NCBI RefSeq assembly: GCF_000760515.2
Contig: NW_013546378.1
Coordinates: 1-38,170 of the forward strand
Source of the DNA: Mitosporidium daphniae
Taxonomy: Eukaryota
DNA: 38,170 bases
Direction: 5' to 3'
Below, in pieces: positions 20,433 through 30,406 of this stretch. Position 1 is the first letter of the stretch. The number at the start of each line of letters is the position of its first letter. The position numbers and the translations under genes were made by a program. The notes beneath the pieces were generated by a model. That model did no database searches. It worked only from the letters and a program-made list of their open reading frames with translations, and was not told the DNA's origin.

Positions 20433-23400
20433 TTACATTGGAGAAACTTTGTCCCTCAACAATCCTAGCCACTGCGAAAATCCAACAGCATTCTCTGTCC
20501 TGTCCTCCAATAATCTTTGCAGGAACATCAAGCGAGAATGAGCAAAAAATCCTTGGTTTGGCTTACTCGAGGCAAATATAATGATAGACTTTGCTCCATT
20601 TTCCTGGTCTATTTGTCTGATTAAGGCACAAATGGCGGCCCCAAGCGGCGTGTGGTACTCTTCGGGTTTGTGCGCAACAATTAAACACTACAAAGTAATG
20701 AGGGTCAACCACCCTACCTTTCCGGAACGCATCGAAATGCCAACACCATCCAAAGCTTGCTGAAGGTCATTGGAAACAAGGTCTCCCACCCACAAATATA
20801 ATATTGACGTGCCATCGTCCAACAGATAAACCCCATTTCTTTCAAAGCGTTCTCCACTAAGGGGAACGGGCCAAAACCCACCATGTGACTCGTCATGGTA
20901 GTGCAGCGCATAAATTCTTGGACTGAACAGTTTCGTTGTCTCCATGACAGACATCGTTTCGACCATGCAGAACATGGATGCCCTGATATCTCCTTCGAGA
21001 GTAGGGGTTTGAGTGGTGTCGAAAAAAGTGCCCTGTTTCGACCAAAAGAGCGATCTAATGGCGCCATGGATCAAGAACACAATTGGCTTCAACGCTCTTG
21101 GAAGCGAAATTGATGACGTGGATCGCTCAAGATTTTTGACCGCTTGGAGGATGTCCACTACTTTGCTAAACAAATAGTCCCTAGGATCGTCGTCCGATCT
21201 GTTAGCAAGAGCAATGGCATTTTTTGCGAGAACATTGGCAATCACACTGGCATCGGCAAGACTGACTATTTCAGATGGATTTGAAGAAATAGGCAGGGCC
21301 ATGGTAATGACCCGTATTCTTCTTTCACCCCCGCTGGTTGTATGTAGCAAAGCTGCCTGGATAAAAGCGACCGGACTGGAAAGGCTCTCTTCGATAGAAA
21401 ACTCCACTGAAAAACTGTGCTTTGGATTAAAATTTGGCAATGCCAATAGATCGGTCTGGCGGGTGAAAAAGTTGCCCTTGTAGTTGGAAATGGAAATTCC
21501 TGAAAAATTTATAACACTGATTTCCCACCTCGAGAAGCTCGAACTCGAAGGACGGCCTCCAAACAAAAGGAGGTAGATAAAAAGCAAGACATATCGGATG
21601 AAAACTTGGCTACATCTTCCGAACTATTGCCAGAAAATCCGGGATAGTAATGGAGAGTGCCCCCGGTAACTTTTATCATCGAGCCTAGAAGCGGGTAAAA
21701 AGACCGCATTTACTTAATGAGGAAAGGTCGATTGGCTGAGAGGGGAACAGGAACAAGTCGACACAGATTTGATCCCGGGTGCACTCGACGGCAAATTCTT
21801 TGAAAAACTTGTTTTCCGTTGATAGCTGAAGGACGCCCTAGGAAATCGGGAGCATAGCACTACCTTGATATTTGAGATCACATTGGCAGTGGAAGAAGGC
21901 TCATCACTGAATGAAGACGAGGGAGATAAAAGCCCGGACCCTGAAGACCGCATCCCGGGTCCGATGTTAGTTGGTGTTGTTTGGAAGACAATAATTTTGC
22001 CACCATGGGAGCCCTAGTAAAAATAAAGCACCACATCGATACAATGATTGCGCGCGTAGCCTTTAAAGCAGATCCAAGGCCGCACAGCGGGACCTGAGTG
22101 TTAGAATACATCAGGGGAAGCTTCATAAGCAGCTTTTCGATCTGTGGCCTAAATGATACCAATGGGACCAGCAAATCTTCTGGAGTTGGCAAGAACAAAT
22201 CCTCGACGTCACTAGCAATGATCACCTGTGGATGGTCGTCCGTATCCTAGCATTACGAAGAAGAAGGAGGAACCTTGAAATTGTAATAATGAATAGACTT
22301 GTCAAAAGTAACGAACGAAACCAGTGTGCGCCCATCTTGATTGGGAATTAAATCGAGAGAATCCAAAATAACGCGAGCAACGGTTGCGACCATTCCTTGA
22401 GGTTGAGAATTAAATCCATACCTATCTGAACAGAGGCAAATGAAACGTCAATCAAAAAGCAGTATACATTAGGCTGAGGGGGTCTGATCTACGGTAACGT
22501 ATAAGGGCACCCAACTCGGTACCATGTATTCATCAGGGGCAACATATTCTACCACAGGACAAGAAAGCTCAAAGCGCCCGGCTCGATCAATCGGCCTCTG
22601 AGATGTGGAGTCATAGTCATATTCCAGAGGCACTAAAAATGATACCGCATCAAAAGCATGCCTTCATTCGTCGAGAAACACAAATTGCAGCGATACGAGC
22701 GTAAACTACCATCCACCCACTCCACAAATGGATTTATGTACGTTCGACAGCGCCGACATCTCAGAATTACGCCCTGGACCAAGGGCACAAAGGCGGTCTG
22801 CATAAGCAAATGACAACAAGTTGATCATACCTGTGGATCGGCAGTAATGGGTGGATATGGCGTAAAAGTGACCGCCAAAGGGATTTTTATGCTTTTCGAA
22901 ATGGCTGGTGATGCCGGAAGAGCCTGGATGGTGGCTCTACAAAAAACTGGCGATGCAGAGGGCTAAAAAATGGCAAAGTGATGTTACTTGAATAGAGGGA
23001 CATGATGTCAAAGGAATAAGGGGGACCGATTCGCCCGGAACCTCAACATTTTCCAACTTCAGTATGGAAGGGGATGCATTTGAAGAATATTGCTGCGCAA
23101 TGCTGTGATGCTGAGAACGATATGCAGATGAAGCAGGTTGAGCAGTGAAATTTTCATAGGCAGAAGAATAAGGAGTCGCATATTGTGATTGTTGATGTGC
23201 TTGCTGTTGAGGCTGATATGCAGCCGTGCTATCATGTTGAGGCTGATATGCAGCCGTGTTAGCATGTTGAGAAAAGGATGGTGAAACTGGAGTCTCAATG
23301 CTGGCAGATGAGAAATTTGGTTGGTGATTTGGATATTGCAAAGGAGGCTGTGCAGAATATGATTGAAAACTGGTTCTGGGATCAACATTCTGTGCGTATT

Positions 23401-23728
23401 CCTGCTGCTGAAAAGCTCCTGGCGGCTGATGCTTTGCATACAAAGCCTGCGGGGATTGGGAGCTTGAGTTTTGAGCAGAAACTCGGCCGTATTTTGAAGA
23501 TAGAGAAGAAATCTTGTGTGAACCTGTATTTTCATCGTCGCCCAGCATAGGTGGATCGTTCCATTGCTCGGCCGGATACGTCCTTTCGGGTACGTTTCCG
23601 CCGACAAACCCATAGCTATTTGGCTGTGATGAATGTGCCGCCTGCTGAGGATGGCCTTGCGGGTGCTCATCCTCTGTCGCGTTGGACGAGTAATCGCAGG
23701 TATTCATGTGGAAAGGAAAGGAATCCAT
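20433..23728 (-). CDS. SEC24: COPII coat cargo adaptor Sec24
   Basis: Q/P-rich N-terminus; zinc finger RCRRCRTYINPF...YRCNLCFSTNEVP; VEYVAPDEYM|IRPPQP; FLIDVS; EAVLRVRAS; QAALLHTTSGGERRIRVIT; gelsolin-like end. 11 introns of 25-34 nt, including a GC-AG intron at 22661-22633. Confidence 0.93.
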
Positions 23729-24151
23729 GGTGCAAGTAAAATGTTATTCAATCAAATTCAATGTTAAATTGCTTAATTGTTCATGTTCCCACAAGCAAAT
23801 TTTTTCTCAAGTGTTTATAAAATTTACTTTTTCCTTTTGCATTTACTCATCAGTAGGGGTTAATTACCTCACAAATAACCGAATGATGCATTGTGGCATT
23901 TTATCTTTTCGAATGATGCCGTCGAGACAGAGCCGCAACTCTGTTAAGCATTGCTGAGGCACCCTATAAATTTCGCTACCAATTTCAGTGTAACAAAGCT
24001 GGCTAAATTAAGTGCCCATAAAAAGAGTTTGGCACACATTAAGGTATCGTATTAAAAGAGCGCGCGGTCCCATGTATGTCCCCCAGCTAAAAGTGGCGAT
24101 TCTTTCAATTTATAAAATAAGTGTGTCAATAACAAGCTTTTCGCCCCCCCC

Positions 24152-25492
24152 CTAAAGTTTCTTTTTCCTTCTTTTCTCTACCTTGGAAGCTTGGTTAGTG
24201 GAATCCACCTGCATCTGATTACCGATGGAGGGGCTTGTTAATAGCCGAGCTAGCGAGGTATGAGATCCTCCTGCTATTCGTTGCAGAAGCGAAAGATGCG
24301 GATGGTTTCCCTTATCAGAGGCAAATCCAAGCGGTTTGGCCATTTGCGACCTTTTGGGGAAATTCGACCCATTAAATGCCCGCATCAGTAGGGCCTTTTT
24401 GTTAAGAACTGACACCAAGGCCGCTGTGGCCGAAGCAGCAGACGGTGAATCTGGAGACGATGCGAGGCGTCGGCTATAGGCCCCCTCTATCCCGCGATTA
24501 AGGTCATCCAACACCCTGTAATATTCGAGAGCTGAAAGATAATTTTCGCCAACCAGAAGCTCGTAGAGCCTTTTTTTTCGCTCTTCGTTTTTCTTTGTGA
24601 TTAGAGCAAGTTCGGACTGGCATTTCCGAAGCGCTGCACAAATTTCGTTTGACGCCTCCTCGTCCGTTATAATTGGCCCGCATATGCCAATCGAGCGCAG
24701 ATCCCATAGAATCCTTTCGCAGAGACCCTCCCATGGCTTTTTCCTTCGATGCATAATTATGTTGTTCGTGGTGGCAAATCGAGGAGTCGGCGCAGAAGTG
24801 CTATTTGCCGATAGCAAATTTACATTGTCGCTTCCCTTTGACTCTTCCATCAGAGAAGACAACAACCTTTCGACTAAATAGTTTGGCGGCACGTTGGATG
24901 ATTCCTTCGCCTCTTGATCTCCCAATGGTGGAATACCGCCCCCAACTGCAGCCAGAGACTTTTCGTTGGTTTCCAGCCAAGTCAGTTCTTCCTCACCGAT
25001 CTCTTTGAAATATCCGCTATTTTCAATGAAAGACCAAAATGCCGAGGGAGAAACAGCGCTTATTGGCTGCTTGCTCTGTAAGTTTGAGTTTCTTTGACGC
25101 GATTGTGACGACGGCCTGGATTTGAAAAGCCGCTTGTGGCCGCTTCCGGAATTGCCGACAGTCAGCGTGCCCAAATCGTCTTGTTCTCCACAAACAATTC
25201 GAAGAGGAAATTCTGACTTGAAAAAGATTTCTTCATACAAGGTGGATTCAAAAGCATTGGGCAATGCTGTTGGCCTTAGCTTTCTCAGTTGCACCAGCAA
25301 TTGGCCGACCATTGCTTTTAATTGAACCTTTAAAACGATCAGCTCGTCTCGAATAGATGAAAGTGGAGCCGAAATTTGATGATCAATGCCGTCTCCAAAG
25401 AGCCGGTCCAAAGAAGGAGCATGTTCCTCCAGTTGCGGCAGCTTTATGAAAAAGTCTGGGGGGCTGCCATCATGATGCTCCTCTTCGTGCAT
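24152..25492 (-). CDS. ADA3: SAGA/ADA histone acetyltransferase subunit Ada3/Ngg1
   Basis: FWSFIE...YFKEIGEEELTWL, IPPLG, ERLLSSLMEE, ERILWDLRSIGI, EICAALRKCQSEL. Likely ATG 25492, after an AT-rich tract. Confidence 0.8.
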   Translation of the reverse strand: MHEEEHHDGSPPDFFIKLPQLEEHAPSLDRLFGDGIDHQISAPLSSIRDELIVLKVQLKAMVGQLLVQLRKLRPTALPNAFESTLYEEIFFKSEFPLRIVCGEQDDLGTLTVGNSGSGHKRLFKSRPSSQSRQRNSNLQSKQPISAVSPSAFWSFIENSGYFKEIGEEELTWLETNEKSLAAVGGGIPPLGDQEAKESSNVPPNYLVERLLSSLMEESKGSDNVNLLSANSTSAPTPRFATTNNIIMHRRKKPWEGLCERILWDLRSIGICGPIITDEEASNEICAALRKCQSELALITKKNEERKKRLYELLVGENYLSALEYYRVLDDLNRGIEGAYSRRLASSPDSPSAASATAALVSVLNKKALLMRAFNGSNFPKRSQMAKPLGFASDKGNHPHLSLLQRIAGGSHTSLARLLTSPSIGNQMQVDSTNQASKVEKRRKKKL

Positions 25493-25514
25493 AAAGCAAT
25501 TAAAATTTACAAAT

Positions 25515-26025
25515 TTATTCCTCATTTTGATGCAACAATTCATTAAGCTTTGACCTCAGCAAAGCCCTTTTAATGTCCAAAGCGTTGATGAGGTCATTTT
25601 TTCTTGCAATTAAATGCAATTTTAAGCTTTGTCTTTGGCTATCCAAATCCGAAGCCTAACCCTAGTTGTATAACCCTAACCCTACTGCCAATGAAAGGGC
25701 AAGATTTTCTTGGTCAAGCTGTTCGATTTCCTCCTTGGCCTTGTCAATGAGAGCCTTGGCAGGGGTTTCAATCAGAGAATTCCATCGCTCTGAGGCATCT
25801 GCAATTTCCTTCTCAGATACCCAGTCGTGAGTCTACAAAAAGAAAAAGAGATCGCCCAAGGATACCTGAAAGATGCTAAATAGCCTTGGGACCTCTGGAA
25901 TTCTAAAAGGAGCTACCGTTGCGTGTAGCTATGATGAGATAGTGTCTAATGATGGCACCTACATATGTTATCGTGTGAAGCAAGCGGTCCAGGGAAGAAT
26001 GCAGCGACAAAATTGACGAGTCCAT
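25515..26025 (-). CDS. SPC19: DASH/Dam1 kinetochore complex subunit Spc19 (not in the ORF track)
   Basis: Introns 25962-25929, 25865-25833, 25685-25656 give MDSSILSLHSSLDRLLHTITYL...EVPRLFSIFQTHDWVSEKEIADASERWNSLIETPAKALIDKAKEEIEQL...NEE*. This follows the Spc19 pattern (PRL...V.E..I...E....L..KA). Confidence 0.6.
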
Positions 26026-26045
26026 AAAAATAATTTTTTAAATTA

Positions 26046-26824
26046 ATGTTCCAGTTGTCGCTCCTTTCAGACTATATTAGTATCAACCCGCGACACCTGC
26101 TCCGCCCCTTTCCCGTGGTTGTCCTTCATGCGCTTCAAAAGAAATATTCGAACAAGGTATGTTCTCTCAAGGTGACATTAAAGATTATCGCCGGACTGGG
26201 TCTTTGTATTTCCATTTTCGATGTCGTTGAAATTAAAGACCCAATAGTCCACATTGGCCAGGGACGCCCCTCCTCATCAGGTTTGTATTTTTAATTAACG
26301 CTGCGAGTGACGTTTAGGGTTGTGATTTTCCATCCCTGGCCTGGGCAAATCATCACTGGACGTGTACGTTCATCCTCCGAAAGGGGGGTTGCTGTCTCGC
26401 TCGGCTTCTTTGAGGATATCTTGATCCCCTCAAGCCACTTTCCGGACTCGTCAGTTTTGTAGTTTTCGTACGAATATATCTATAGTGACGCCTCTGAAAT
26501 GCTTTGGTATTGGGATTATGATGGTTCCAAGTTGTATCTCGAAGCTGGCGCCGCCATACGCCTTCGAATCGTATCGGACTCCTTTTATGAAAACCCTCCA
26601 CTACAAAAAGGTACCCGCTTTTGGCTGGCTATTTTTTAGACCAGCTTTTCGCCAGAAACATGGATCCTAACCCTTCCTCGGCTTCTGAAAAAAGCTCTAT
26701 CTCCAGCATTGATTCCATTCATAGGCCGTCATATTCGATTATTGTATTTAAATTTTTAATTTTTTACCATTAGGGCTCTATCGCCGAAGACGGCCTAGGG
26801 CTAATTTCTTGGTGGAATACTTAA
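26046..26824 (+). CDS. RPC25: RNA polymerase III subunit C25/RPC8
   Basis: Five short introns (first 26157-26183, second 26281-26307). Gives MFQLSLLSDYISINP...KYSNKIIAGLGLCISIFD...VTFRVVIFHP...SLGFFEDILIP...YSIIGSIAEDGLGLISWW. Confidence 0.9.
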
Positions 26825-26869
26825 CCCAGCTTGTATTTTTGTAAAATAAAAATTTTAATTTAATTAGCC

Positions 26870-27994
26870 ATGTGTGCAATGGGCGGTGCTCCTTCTCTGC
26901 CACCTGATATGCTGTCAAAAGGAATGCCTATAACTGGAAGGCACAAGATTGATTCGAAAGATTTCGAGCGCTACTTTACAAAAAATATATCGCTACTCGA
27001 CACGCTAGCTAATTTAGAAAAGTGCGTGCTCTTTTTCGAGTGCCTCGGTATTGCGCATCTTTTGCCACAAGACGAACAGATTAGAATTGATAAAGAAAGC
27101 ATCTTTATATCATTTGTTGAACATGAGCATGGATTTTCTGCCATTGAAGCTCTGCCGGAATTTCCTTTCAAGGGAATTCCGGAAGAGTGCTTGAGTGTTT
27201 TATTGAAAACCGATGCCAAAGATCTTTCCCAGTTGGTTATTGTTGGCCTTTTTGTATTCGCCACGGAGTATCCCAAGAATTTGGATCAAATATTTCCTTT
27301 ATACATCAAAATCCTTGAACATTGGGAGCCCGTCGTCAAGGGGTTTGCGGCTTCTGCAATATGCTGGCTGATCCAAATCCTAAGAGAACGATTTAACATT
27401 TGCATTGGAGAGCGATGGGTTTGGGTAATAAATGAGCTGCTTTCAGAATCGCTCCTGCATTATTATGACTCGTTGGATGTGCTTCGCCCAGCATCTCTGC
27501 TTTTCCTTGAGATTAACAGGGAAGATCCTTCTATTTTAGTTGAAAGATTCCTCAACACCATATATGTAGGTTGTGACCGTTATAAGAGCACCGAGTCTTG
27601 GATGATCCACCTTATTTTGGGCCAACTCGAGAATTCCAAAATAGCAACAAAAATCATCCTTCTTCATTGGCCTTCATGGGTGCTTTTCTTCTCCAGAATG
27701 TCTTCAAATACCCCTGCCATCGATGGCGCCGAACATATGGCCGCATTACAAATTTTAGAGATAATCATCCGAACCCCAGATATTGCTCGATTTTTCAAGG
27801 CAAATCCTAAAGAGACCACACGGGTTATCTCCTGGTTAATGATTTGGAACCTCAATGCGAAGGGGCTTAGGAAAGAAATTTCACTCCTCCTACAAAAGCT
27901 AATGGAGGTATCTGCGTTGAATCAGCAGCTTCTGTTTGAGGAAATTGGAAAAATTCATCCATCTTTGTGCCAAAAACTTTCCGAATTATTATGA
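26870..27994 (+). CDS. Helical-repeat protein, possibly Tti2 (TTT complex)
   Basis: 374-aa ORF with an AT-rich start context. IFPLYIKILEHWEPVVKGFAASAICWL loosely resembles the Tti2 core. The ORF is well supported; the product call is weak. Confidence 0.55.
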   Translation: MCAMGGAPSLPPDMLSKGMPITGRHKIDSKDFERYFTKNISLLDTLANLEKCVLFFECLGIAHLLPQDEQIRIDKESIFISFVEHEHGFSAIEALPEFPFKGIPEECLSVLLKTDAKDLSQLVIVGLFVFATEYPKNLDQIFPLYIKILEHWEPVVKGFAASAICWLIQILRERFNICIGERWVWVINELLSESLLHYYDSLDVLRPASLLFLEINREDPSILVERFLNTIYVGCDRYKSTESWMIHLILGQLENSKIATKIILLHWPSWVLFFSRMSSNTPAIDGAEHMAALQILEIIIRTPDIARFFKANPKETTRVISWLMIWNLNAKGLRKEISLLLQKLMEVSALNQQLLFEEIGKIHPSLCQKLSELL

Positions 27995-28013
27995 TGGAAA
28001 ACCCTCATAGAGT

Positions 28014-28652
28014 TCACGTGGGCAGCGGCATCGGCTTTCCTTTATAAAAAAAGACCGGATATGACCGGTCAACACAATGCAACCGATTTACCGTGAATTC
28101 TGGCGCCATGGCTTGCAGCTTCATATTTAAATAAAACGCTTCCAACTCGCCCTGCCAGCTGCTTGTGTTTTCTTGGTCAGATATGGCCATATGAGAAATA
28201 CGGGCATACGCCATCGGCACGGGGGCATGATTAAGTACCTCGGTTGCCTTGCTTGATAATTCTGCATTCGAAATAAACAAAGAGACCAGCGAAAAGATGC
28301 TATTGTGGCCCGACTTTAACATGTGCACTCCAATTAGCTCCCGGACACAATTTGGTCCAATGAGCGATCTTTCGGTGCATTTGCACTGCCCGATCACATC
28401 GAATAGATGAGCCCCGGACAGCGACAAATGGCCACGAAGATCGACACCCTCGTCGCCTGGAGACCCCATTTGTTGTCGCCACGAGAAGCCATAGTTTTTT
28501 AAAATCATCGAAGCATGCTTTTCATATTGCGAGCCCTGAATGCACTGCTTGGGGACACTTGTGGTAATGATTGAGCGAAACGGCGTTCTCATCATAACCA
28601 ATTTGACTGGCAAATGTTGAATTTTATTTGTAACCGTGGATTTTACAAACAT
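28014..28652 (-). CDS. RRG7: Mitochondrial PD-(D/E)XK restriction-endonuclease-like protein Rrg7 (DUF2034)
   Basis: GSQYE...GSPGDEGVDLRG...VIGQCK...IGPNCVRELIG. Possible transit peptide MMRTPFRSIITTS. Start uncertain. Confidence 0.8.
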   Translation of the reverse strand: MFVKSTVTNKIQHLPVKLVMMRTPFRSIITTSVPKQCIQGSQYEKHASMILKNYGFSWRQQMGSPGDEGVDLRGHLSLSGAHLFDVIGQCKCTERSLIGPNCVRELIGVHMLKSGHNSIFSLVSLFISNAELSSKATEVLNHAPVPMAYARISHMAISDQENTSSWQGELEAFYLNMKLQAMAPEFTVNRLHCVDRSYPVFFYKGKPMPLPT

Positions 28653-28709
28653 TGAGCGCAATTTTGTAAACTTCGCATGATTAAAGCGATTGGGAATTTA
28701 TAAAGTGTA

Positions 28710-29486
28710 TTATTTGAAGGTCCAAACCTCAACTGAAGTGATATCGAATTTTTGGCTGCACGACAAAATGTCGTTATCAAATGTAGAGACTTGGTTTGAT
28801 TGTCCGCTAAACAGGTCCCCATCAAGCAAAAGCCCGAATTTTCCTTCCCTACAAACAGAAACCATGAATTGATGACCCATACCCGCAACCGACTGCAAGA
28901 AAATCAGGCTCAGCGACAATGTAGAATGGGCTTCTTCCTGTGGCTCTATATATATTCGTTGTGTTGTCACAATTCTTTTTCCATAAAAAACTATGAAATT
29001 AATAAACGGCAACCGGCACCATTCTCCAGACCCAAAATGGTTAAGCTGAGGGGAAATGCTCTCTGAACAGAAGGCTCCAAAGAGCTAAATGGATCTAATT
29101 AGCCTTTTATTGCAAACCTGTCCAGAATCGTCTTTAACTGCAAGGATTGCGGGTCCCGTGGCCTTACACCTTGAATAAAGCGTGGAAAGCGAAAAGCCAA
29201 ACGCAAGCGTACTGTACGTCAAAGTCCACGTAGACAGGAGCTTGAAACGAGTTGGAAGCGATTGGCGAAGCTAGAGGTAACCGATTCCAACACTCACCTC
29301 TTCAGCGAGAGCACTTCCTATGAGCAGTTTTTCACCCTCTGCTTGCTGCTGAGGAAGCGAAGAAATTTGCTGCCAAGGACGCTCTGGTATAATCAGTTCC
29401 AACGAGCTGATGCACGGTGTTGGCTGGATTGGCGAAGAAATTGTATGATGCTGTTGATGAAGTGTATGATAGCAAGATTTTGGCAT
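28710..29486 (-). CDS. OXR1: TLDc-domain oxidation resistance protein
   Basis: Four introns of 27-34 nt give LRQSLPTRF...WTLTYST...GFSLSTLY...VKDDSGQLFGAF...FGSGECFLWK...FLAVGCGEGKFGLLLDGDL...STFDN...VEVW. Confidence 0.88.
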
Positions 29487-29531
29487 AAATTGAAAAATAC
29501 AACCAACCCCCTTTACATTTACGGTACAAAG

Positions 29532-29552
29532 CTACCCTAACCCTAATCCTAC
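29532..29552 (-). repeat. Telomere-type GGGTTA repeats about 45-65 bp upstream of OXR1
   Basis: Minus strand reads GTAGGATTAGGGTTAGGGTAG. Confidence 0.75.
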
Positions 29553-29580
29553 CGAAATTGTCCCTTTTGACGTGTCCTTT

Positions 29581-30303
29581 TTATGTATTACTAACTTCAA
29601 CAGACATGCTTGCCTGGGAAGCGAGCTCGCTCCTGCCGTCCTTTTTGATTCTATTGACGCGCTCCTCGATGGCAGAGGCATAGAAGATAGAGCAAAGCAC
29701 ATTTAGTATTTGGAGGCAAAACACAATAATGAAGATATTTCGTATGGCGTTGTAGTTGTCCTCAATCATGTCAAGAATGACGTCTTGGCAATTATTCACA
29801 TACATGCACACGCCTTCGGATTGGAAGTGGTTGCTAAATCCACAGCATTTATACTAGGAGTTATGAATCCCGTGTGCTAACCTTGTTCTGGATTTTCTTT
29901 CTTGCCGCTGGGCTCATGGCCTTCCATAGTTCGGAGGGGTTGATGTCGATTTTGGTTGTAAACGAAGCGATAACAACCACCAGCTCTGCTGTTATCAGAA
30001 GCAGCAGCAATGAAACATACTATGGTAAGTCAAATTGATGCATACCAGGATTTTCAATGTCGGCGACCCGGTCACGGCCATTGAGACACCTATGATGCCG
30101 ACGGCAAATAAAGCCAGTCCAAACGAAAACAAAACCACGATGCTTTTGCTCCCAGAAAGTGCGCCCTCAGTAAGTACGATGTAGCCAGCAGAGCCGATGA
30201 GAAGCATACCGCATAGCTAACAAAAATTAGTGCCAAATCAATGTACCAAAGTGAGGGCTGCTGAGGCCCAAACGACAAACCTACCAAGTGATCCGCTGAT
30301 CAT
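29581..30303 (-). CDS. Tetraspanin
   Basis: ATG 30303; three introns of 26-30 nt; four hydrophobic segments and IQNK|YKCCGF (CCG motif) followed by further Cys. Confidence 0.8.
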
Positions 30304-30406
30304 TCCTTACTGACTGAAACGGACACATATCCAATATAATCGACCAAGACACGGAATAACTGGTGGGAAAAACAGCCAATTAAAATTTACTTTATTTTTT
30401 TGGGCA

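Noticed and set aside
25833..25865. U12-type intron (donor GTATCCTT) in SPC19
   Set aside because: There is no TCCTTRAC branch site in the 33-nt intron. With donors this variable, one match is plausible by chance.
26157..26183. Internal AAG|GTGA in RPC25 intron 1 as another ratchet point
   Set aside because: It would give 15- and 12-nt units, far below the observed size range, and the whole intron is already of normal length.
28014..28661. Bacterial restriction or defence nuclease acquired by horizontal transfer
   Set aside because: The motifs fit the widespread fungal Rrg7/DUF2034 family, and there is no adjacent methylase or mobile element.
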